NCBI GenBank assembly: GCA_023128965.1
Contig: JAGMCY010000160.1
Span: 1-50,865, forward strand
DNA: 50,865 nucleotides
Reading direction: 5' to 3'
Origin: Candidatus Aenigmatarchaeota archaeon
GTDB lineage: Archaea; Aenigmatarchaeota; Aenigmatarchaeia; QMZP01; QMZT01
Shown one piece after another: positions 46,667 through 50,865 of the stretch. The notes beneath the pieces were generated by a model. The model was not told the origin of the DNA, ran no database searches, and was given only the letters and a program-made list of their open reading frames with translations. A program made the position numbers and the translations under genes. Every line of letters starts with the position of its first letter. Positions within the stretch are counted from its first letter, which is position 1.

Positions 46667-46694
46667 GGCGAGTTGTCCTTTTAACTAGGATCTG
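46667..46694 (-). promoter_or_regulatory. 3' half of the 23S bulge-helix-bulge processing stem
   Basis: GGACAACUCGCC pairs perfectly (12 bp) with GGCGAGUUGUCC at 49803-49814. Inner helices are UAGUU/GACUA and CAGAUCC/GGAUCUG, with A-rich bulges on opposite strands. Confidence 0.7.
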
Positions 46695-48313
46695 TCAGGG
46701 TATTGGGTAACGTGGGCTGAATACCTCGCCGAAGCTTGGTACTTACACCCCGTTTCCATCAACCTTGTCGTCTACAAGACCTTCCCCAGCGCGCCGATAC
46801 TCGCGTATCAGGTTGCTGGACGGTTACCTATTTTCAGGAGAGGCTTCGGGCTTAGATGCTTTCAGCCCTTATCCTCAATGGCGTAGCTACCCGGCAATGT
46901 ATGCGCAACCGGTACACCAGAGGCCACAACGCACTGTTCCTTTCGTACTGAGTGCTTTTTCCCCTCAGGTAACTGACACCTTCAGCAGATATAGACCGTA
47001 CTGGCTCGCACCGTACTTAACCCAGCTAACGTGGCTCTTTGATGGGTGAACACCCCCACCCTTGGACGCTGCTGCACGTCCAGGAAGAGCCGAGCCGACG
47101 GCGGAGAAGCAACGAACGCGGTCGATATGGACTCTCACGCGTCACGACTCCATTATCCCCGAGGTAACTTTTCTGTCAGAGCTGGCTCCCAGCTAATGGA
47201 GACACAGCGGATCGCTAGGCCACGCTTTCGCGTTAGGATTCCTTGCTTTGTAGAATCCTATCAGGCCGGCTTTTGCCCTTGCACTCTAATTCCGATTTCT
47301 GACCGGAATGAGCCGACCTTAGGGCGCCTCTGATCACTTGTCAGAGGCGTACCGCCCCAGCCAAACTGCCCATCTGCTGCTGTTCCCGTCTCTCGCAAGA
47401 CGCAGGTTACACCTGCGTCAAACGTCTAGAGGTAAGCGATATATTAACAGTAGGTTGGTGTTACATTGGCGCCTTCCCCAAACCCGAAGACTTGGGTGCG
47501 ATGCTCCCAACTACACTATGCAACCGTCAACATACCGCAACAACAGACTGCAGTAAAGTTCTACGGGGTCTTCTCGTCCCGCTGAAGGACTCCGGAATAT
47601 TCGCCGGACATTAAGTTCACTAGGTGTCAGGTTAAGACAGCGGGGATCTCGTTAAACCCTTCATGCAGGCCGACAATTAATCGGCAAGGGATTACGCTAC
47701 CTTAAGACGGTCAGAGTTACCGCCGCCGTTTACCGGGGCTTCACTCGCTATTCACGAGCTTAACACACCGGCACTGGGCAGGCCTCAGGAGCTATACAAA
47801 TCCTTTCGGACTAGCAGCCCCCTACGTTTTTGTTAAACAGTCGGATCCCCTTTGTCACTGCGACCTACTGGTCCTAGCTTAGCTAGAGCAGTAGGCACCC
47901 CTTACTGGCGAAAGAATGGAACAAGTTCCATTCAAACTCTACCAAAGGTACGGGGCGAATTTGCCGAATTCCTCAACCTGACTTCTCCTAACACACCTTC
48001 ACCTTCTCAGCGAGGGGCACCAGTAACGGTTCTCGGTACGGACATGGAAGATTCCTTCCTATTCCCTTTTCACGGGTTCCAGGATTAAACCGAACAGACA
48101 TACGCCCGCTATTTCTGGATTCACCTGCTTCTCACCATTATGGTACTCCACAGGTTTAACCAGTTAACCACCGAAATGGTCGGTCTATCCCGAAACGTTA
48201 GGAATCGGACTTGTGTCGCCACAAGTACTTCCATGGTGCAGGAATATTAACCCGCTTCCCTTTCGACAAGTTCCAGTTAGGGCTTGCCTTAGGACCGACT
48301 AACCCTCAGCTGA

Positions 48314-48355
48314 ATCGACAAACCGACGTTGGCTCGTCAACGTCAAGCTTTTAAT
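48314..48355 (-). other. 23S mini-insertion 2 (about 38-39 nt hairpin)
   Basis: The loop closed by CCUCAGC/GCUGAGG is 49 nt, versus about 10 nt in the remembered E. coli and archaeal sequences. It contains GACGUUG-ACGAGC-CAACGUC. Confidence 0.55.
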
Positions 48356-48586
48356 CATTGCTGAGGAACCCTAGCCCTTCAGGTGGTGGAGATTCTCACT
48401 CCACTAGTGCTGCTACTATCGGCAAGATTCTTATTCCTGCAAGGTCCACCCAGGCTTACGCCCAGACTTCTGTCCTAGCAGGACACCTCCCAACGCTATT
48501 TCTTTCGAAATCTAAGGTATCGGTACCAGACTTAGTCCCGTCCATTTTCAAGGCCCCCAACCTAGATAGGTGAGCTATTACGCACT

Positions 48587-48625
48587 CGATCTTCCGACGG
48601 ACACAGGTAAAACCTGCGTCAATCG
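48587..48625 (-). other. 23S mini-insertion 1 (39-nt hairpin)
   Basis: Interrupts the conserved CAGCCACCCUUUAAG | AGUGCGUAAUAGCUCAC. Inserted RNA: CGAUUGACGCAGGUUUUACCUGUGUCCGUCGGAAGAUCG. Confidence 0.65.
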
Positions 48626-48626
48626 C

Positions 48627-48657
<31 letters not shown>

Positions 48658-48929
48658 CTATTGTCTATGGTTGAAGACACTTTTCATCAATTAGCCTGAA
48701 TTTAGGGACCTTAACCTTAGGCTGGGTTCTTTCCCTTTCGGATACCGAGCTTACCCCGGCACCCCCACTCCGGCCTTCTACGGTGATAGTAGATTCCGAG
48801 TTTGACAGGGTAACTGGACCTTTCGATCCTTGGTTATCCAATCAGTATCTATACCCTACTATCTACCTCCAGCCAGGCTGTGCTTAGACACATTTAGAGA
48901 GGAACCCGCTATCGCTGAACTCGATTAGC

Positions 48930-48968
48930 GTTGACGAACCGATGTTCCGAAAGCGAACATCAACTCTT
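48930..48968 (-). other. 23S mini-insertion 3 (about 38-39 nt hairpin)
   Basis: Interrupts the conserved GGAGUGAAA | GCUAAUCGAGUUCAGCGAUAGC. Inserted RNA: AAGAGUUGAUGUUCGCUUUCGGAACAUCGGUUCGUCAAC. Confidence 0.55.
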
Positions 48969-49786
48969 TTTCACTCCTAGCCCCAGGTCACGAGAGCGAT
49001 TTGAATCTCAGCAACTCTAACGGGCCTCCATCTGGCTTTCGCCAGACTTCACCCTGCCCAGGGCTAGATCGTCCAGCTTCAGGTCTTAACCCTGTGACTG
49101 TAGGCGCTTTCACACCCGCCTGCCTCAAACTTGCGCAGGTCTCGCTTTCGCTTAGGCCTCCTTGCGTTAGCCTCGCCACAGAGATAAACTCCTTGCCGCG
49201 TGTTTCAAAACGGGCGACACCACTCCTGCAAGCAAGAGCAATGCCTACCTATGGTTACATGGTTTCAGGTTCTTTTCATCTCCGGTTAAGGATGCTTTTC
49301 ATCTTTCCGTCACCGTACTAGTGCGCTATCGGACTCGAGATGTATTTAGGATTGGGAGTTACTGGCTCCCGTATTCCCAATGGATATTCAACCATTGGTA
49401 CTCTGGATACCCGCTATCAACCTTCTTCCGTTCTCCTACGGGGCTATAACCCTTTATCGCGAATCTTTCCAGACCACTTCGGACTGGGAAGTTAGGCTGA
49501 GCGCGGGTCCAAACCCCACATCCCCTTTGGCTCTCGCCAAAAGGTTCGGTTTGTCCTTTTCCCTTTTCAATCGCCTCTACTAAGGGAATCGCTATTGCTT
49601 TCTTTTCCTGCCCCTACTAAGATGTTTCAATTCAGGGCGTCCCCGTTCCATATCGGAACGACCGAAATCAAGAAGTCCCATTCGGAAATCCCGGGTTCAA
49701 GGGCTGCTTGCGCCTACCCCGGGCATATCGCAGCTTGCCACGTCCTTCTTCGGCTCCCGAGCCAAGCCATCCACCACGCAACGTCG

Positions 49787-49814
49787 CAGATCCTTTTAGT
49801 CAGGACAACTCGCC
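49787..49814 (-). promoter_or_regulatory. 5' half of the 23S bulge-helix-bulge processing stem
   Basis: See the partner at 46667-46694. Confidence 0.7.
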
Positions 49815-49860
49815 TATGTTATCATTAAGGAACTCTTTTGGTGTTCACCTCTTCACAGGA

Positions 49861-49895
49861 GTTTCGATAGACGCATACTATGTATGCGTCATACG
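49861..49895 (-). repeat. 35-nt palindromic repeat, copy 1 (promoter-like on the minus strand)
   Basis: GTTTCGATAGACGCATACTATGTATGCGTCATACG; 34/35 identical to copy 2. Lies about 45 nt upstream of the 23S processing stem. Confidence 0.7.
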
Positions 49896-50164
49896 ATCTT
49901 CCTCAGGTGGTCGTCTAATTAATTCATCATTCCCTTCAAATCGGCCCGTTAAAAAGCTAACGAGCGTCATCATTTTCGAAAGACACGGATGTAATCCATG
50001 TCGATCTTTCGTTGCAAACAGTTCAGCATGATACTAGATTTTAGCGACCCATAAACCGTTCAGAGAAATAGACAGACATACTCGCGTACGCCACCCTCCG
50101 ACTGCATCCCTTACTTTCTGTCACCAAGCAAGACATGAACTCTGAACAGCTTTGGATAGCCTGT

Positions 50165-50199
50165 GTTTCGATAGACGCATACTATATATGCGTCATACG
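50165..50199 (-). repeat. 35-nt palindromic repeat, copy 2
   Basis: GTTTCGATAGACGCATACTATATATGCGTCATACG; lies about 48 nt downstream of the tRNA-Ala 3' end on the minus strand. Confidence 0.7.
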
Positions 50200-50247
50200 T
50201 AAGTATCAGCAACTATTATATTGTTGCCAGGTATTTAAATGCTTTTA

Positions 50248-50418
50248 TGGACCGAGTGGGAATTCCGCCGCCCTTAAGCCAAAATGCCGGAGGGCGTTGT
50301 TCGAACCCACGGCCTCTGCCTCCCTTGGAAACCATATATTCTTGCAAGGGCAGCGATCTGTAGCGATTGAAGCAGATGAAATCTGCTTCGTTCGAAATTA
50401 CCGCTGATCTATCGGCCC
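50248..50418 (-). tRNA. tRNA-Ala (anticodon UGC) in the 16S-23S spacer, with three introns
   Basis: Acceptor GGGCCGA/UCGGUCC with G3:U70, D stem GAUC/GAUC, anticodon stem CUGCC/GGCAG with loop CUUGCA, T stem GUGGG/CCCAC. Extra nt: about 39 (D loop), 21 (37/38) and about 38 (T loop); 73 nt after removal. Confidence 0.8.
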
Positions 50419-50512
50419 ATCTTGAACTTTCTGGCCCACCGCTCTTTGTGTAAGCGGAAGCTACCGGAAAGAGTGGTGTAGGAGATTGTTTTGAGAAAGC
50501 GAGATATATATA

Positions 50513-50865
50513 AGGAGGTGATCCAACCGCACGTTCCCGTACGGTTACCTTGTTTATCGACCAGTGAGATGATATTTTCGCTACAGTTGCATTTCAATGC
50601 ACACGTATAGCTGTCATAAGGATTCTTTTGGAACCCCTCAAATTGCCCATCTCACTAATTTACGACTTAGCCCTCCTTGCAAAGTCTTGGTTCGATCTCT
50701 CCCGAAGGAGAAACCTCGCCAAAACTCCACTCGGATGGCTTGACGGGCAGTGTGTGCAAGGAGCGAGAACGTATTCACCGCACCCTGATGATATGCGATT
50801 ACTACCGATTCCAACTTCATGAGGGCGAGTTTCAGCCCTCAATCTGAACTGAGGAGTCTTTTATA
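50513..50865 (-). rRNA. rrs: 16S rRNA, 3' portion (continues beyond the window), with a 107-nt insertion
   Basis: The plus strand carries the reverse complement of the 16S 3' end: AAGGAGGTGATCCAACCGCACGTTCCCGTACGGTTACCTTGTT ... ACGACTTAGCCC ... GACGGGCAGTGTGTGCAAGGAGC. Confidence 0.9.
50555..50661 (-). other. 16S rRNA intron/insertion (107 nt)
   Basis: Splits TACGGTTACCTTGTT | ACGACTT. Closed by the 9-bp helix AGTGAGATG (50563-50571) / CATCTCACT (50648-50656). Confidence 0.75.

Noticed and set aside
49896-50164. 5S rRNA in the spacer segment between the two 35-nt repeats
   Set aside because: No 5S landmarks (for example CCGAAC...GAAGUUAAGC) are present, and at 269 nt it is too long.

Overview
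This window reads as an archaeal contig of about 42% GC from a small-genome, possibly DPANN-like lineage; the lineage call is inference. The archaeal assignment rests on archaea/eukaryote-type ribosomal proteins (eS4, eL30, eL31, eL39, eS19, eL18, eS8, eL37), EF-2 plus diphthine synthase, aIF6, SUI1, Rpp29, LSm, and bulge-helix-bulge rRNA processing stems.

Layout, in order:
- 1-6.2 kb: a glucosylglycerate-type compatible-solute pair (GpgS-like synthase and HAD phosphatase), bacterial-type GAPDH, an ADP-dependent-kinase-like gene and two GT4 glycosyltransferases.
- 7.3-18.5 kb: a rearranged ribosomal-protein supercluster. It runs L4-L23-L2-S19-L22-S3-L29-SUI1-Rpp29-S17-L14-L24-S4e-L5-S14-S8, then goes directly into L30e-NusA-S12-S7-EF2.
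- 18.9-28.4 kb: a cell-envelope and glycosylation island. It holds a prepilin peptidase, a 786-aa sequon-rich S-layer-like protein, a processive QxxRW GT2, a GT-C-like membrane protein and a GtrA-DPM synthase fusion.
- 28.4-46.6 kb: housekeeping genes (TruD, PckA, aIF6-L31e-L39e-PDCD5-S19e, MTAP, Ogg, L18e-L13-S9-S10, S8e, LSm-L37e, Sec61beta and a candidate RNase P RNA). This stretch also carries an oxidative-stress trio (ferritin-like, reverse rubrerythrin, desulfoferrodoxin) and a PqqD-like gene next to a Cys-rich peptide gene.
- 46.6-50.9 kb: a minus-strand rRNA operon with a partial 16S, tRNA-Ala and 23S.

The most unusual signal is in the RNA genes.
- All three tRNA genes are heavily interrupted, with 8 introns in total. 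Each has a T-loop intron and two also have a D-loop intron.
- The 16S gene carries a 107-nt insertion inside the 1492R primer site.
- The 23S gene carries three hairpin mini-insertions of about 38-39 nt at conserved sites.
- A related family of TGACG-palindrome-CGTC hairpins recurs at tRNA promoters, in the rRNA spacer, in introns and in one convergent intergenic region.

Everything here comes from manual reading and remembered consensus sequences. No database search or folding program was run.
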